DNA of 64,000 nucleotides from Setoptus koraiensis (Eukaryota; Animalia; Arthropoda): NCBI GenBank assembly GCA_048013815.1, contig CM106586.1, positions 15,314,001 to 15,378,000 of the forward strand, read 5' to 3'. Shown piece by piece: positions 62,686 to 64,000 of this stretch (position 1 is its first letter; each line of letters starts with the position of its first letter). The notes under the pieces were generated by a model. It saw only the letters and a program-made list of their open reading frames with translations, ran no database searches and was not told where the DNA came from. The position numbers and the translations under genes were made by a program.

Positions 62686-64000
62686 CCAACGGGCCGAACG
62701 GGCCGAACGAGAGCAGACGCGACAAGGAACAAGGCGCAGCATCACGATGGAGCGTGACTTTCACTTGATGATGTGATCCCGTTCGACGTCGTGCACCCAT
62801 TACGTAATTGTGCAGCGTCGTCGTCGCCGTCGTCGCCGTCGGTCCACAGGCGTACTGCAGCAGTCGCCAAGCCAGCACAGGTAGACGAGCTCAGGTATCG
62901 GCGCAACTGGCAATTGTGACGCAATCGGCGCACCGTCTCTCGAACGGCGCGAATCTGTGCCCCGCTGTATGTGCATGCTCTGTGCAGTGTGCCGTCGATT
63001 GTTTGCTTCGACAAGCATCTATCCGATCGCCACTTGCTCTGGCGAGCGGTCCAATGGCGAGAGAGAGAGAGAGAGAGAGAGGCCGAATGAATCGGATCGA
63101 AGAATGTTGCGAAATCGGACGGCTCGCTGTGCGGATGAAGAGCGCACATCCGCACTTTATCCGCACAGCGAGCAGAGTGGCGCCGTGCGCAACAACCGAC
63201 AACAACTGACAACAACCGACAACAACCGGTCGATTGAGACACCAATTGATTGGACAGTATCTATTGATAATGCTTTTCGCAACACTTTCGACGGCACTTT
63301 TAATAACACTCTCGAAAATATCCTTTCGATAACGTCGACGCCGTTACTTTTGATACTTCGACGATGTTGCGGCCACTTTTGGCGCTGCACTGACAACAGA
63401 CACCGACAACACACTGGCAACACACTGGCAACGAGCGACCGACGCCAACAACTAATTGGACGGCAACAAAGAGCGCCAAAGTAAATCATGCTCGCCTTAA
63501 TAGCGAGCTCTTACGCAACAAATTATCCTTGTATCGTCCGCTTGAAGCGAGCCCAGCGCCGTTTAGCCGTTCAGCCGTTTAGAGCTGTCGTCAATTAAAT
63601 CGTGGGCGGCTAAATCAGTTTCGGATTTGCTGCTCATCGCATTATGCCTTTGATTGGATATTTTTCGATATTTTCAAATGTTTCGAAACATTTGAAATGT
63701 TTCGAGAAATTTTTGAATTCGAGTTGCGCATCCAGCGATCACTCACAAAACGTCCGTTCTCATTTTTGAGATTCGTTTGTGGATATCCACGCATTGTTGC
63801 CACTTGTTTGCTTTGACCGTCTCTGTTTGACCGTTTTCCACTTGACTGTTTGCGCGGCTTAGCGACATCGGCGGCCTTCGACTCGGGCCGCCCCAACACC
63901 GACTGTCGCCGGCCCGGCGGCTCGGTCTCGGCGGCTCGGGCCAGGCAGCGCACAACGGCCCGATTTGAGCGATTCGGCGCGACAGAGCGCACCGTAAATG

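Overview
Eukaryotic, microsatellite-rich DNA from a chelicerate. The EcR motif [11 protein letters not shown]...PNSTT is chelicerate-type. Few, short introns and poly-Q/N/H-expanded proteins suggest an acariform mite, possibly an eriophyoid (inference). The window has four parts. (1) At the left edge is the ecdysone receptor gene (minus strand, ~965 to off-window), which the ORF track misses because it runs off the edge. (2) ~1.3-20 kb is largely non-coding. (3) A compositionally distinct AT-rich island (~20.3-26.3 kb) holds a small family of unrecognised secreted cysteine-rich proteins. Two are intact head-to-head genes sharing ~290-bp inverted 5' arms (identical 31-aa leader, highly divergent mature parts) and one is a pseudogene. 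The island also carries decayed fragments of a TCERG1-like FF-domain gene and possibly a chemoreceptor. (4) A giant minus-strand type II membrane gene (TM-SEA-mucin/poly-Q stalk-LDLa-SRCR-LDLa, 9.2-kb central exon) lies at ~25.7-35.8 kb. It resembles the corin/enteropeptidase-type protease family but no protease domain is visible. The remaining ~28 kb has no recognisable coding exons and is unusually dense in the palindrome TTGCGCAA and related bZIP-type sites. The best candidate for an undescribed system is the Cys-rich secreted gene cluster. All alignments and counts were done by eye; no database search was run.
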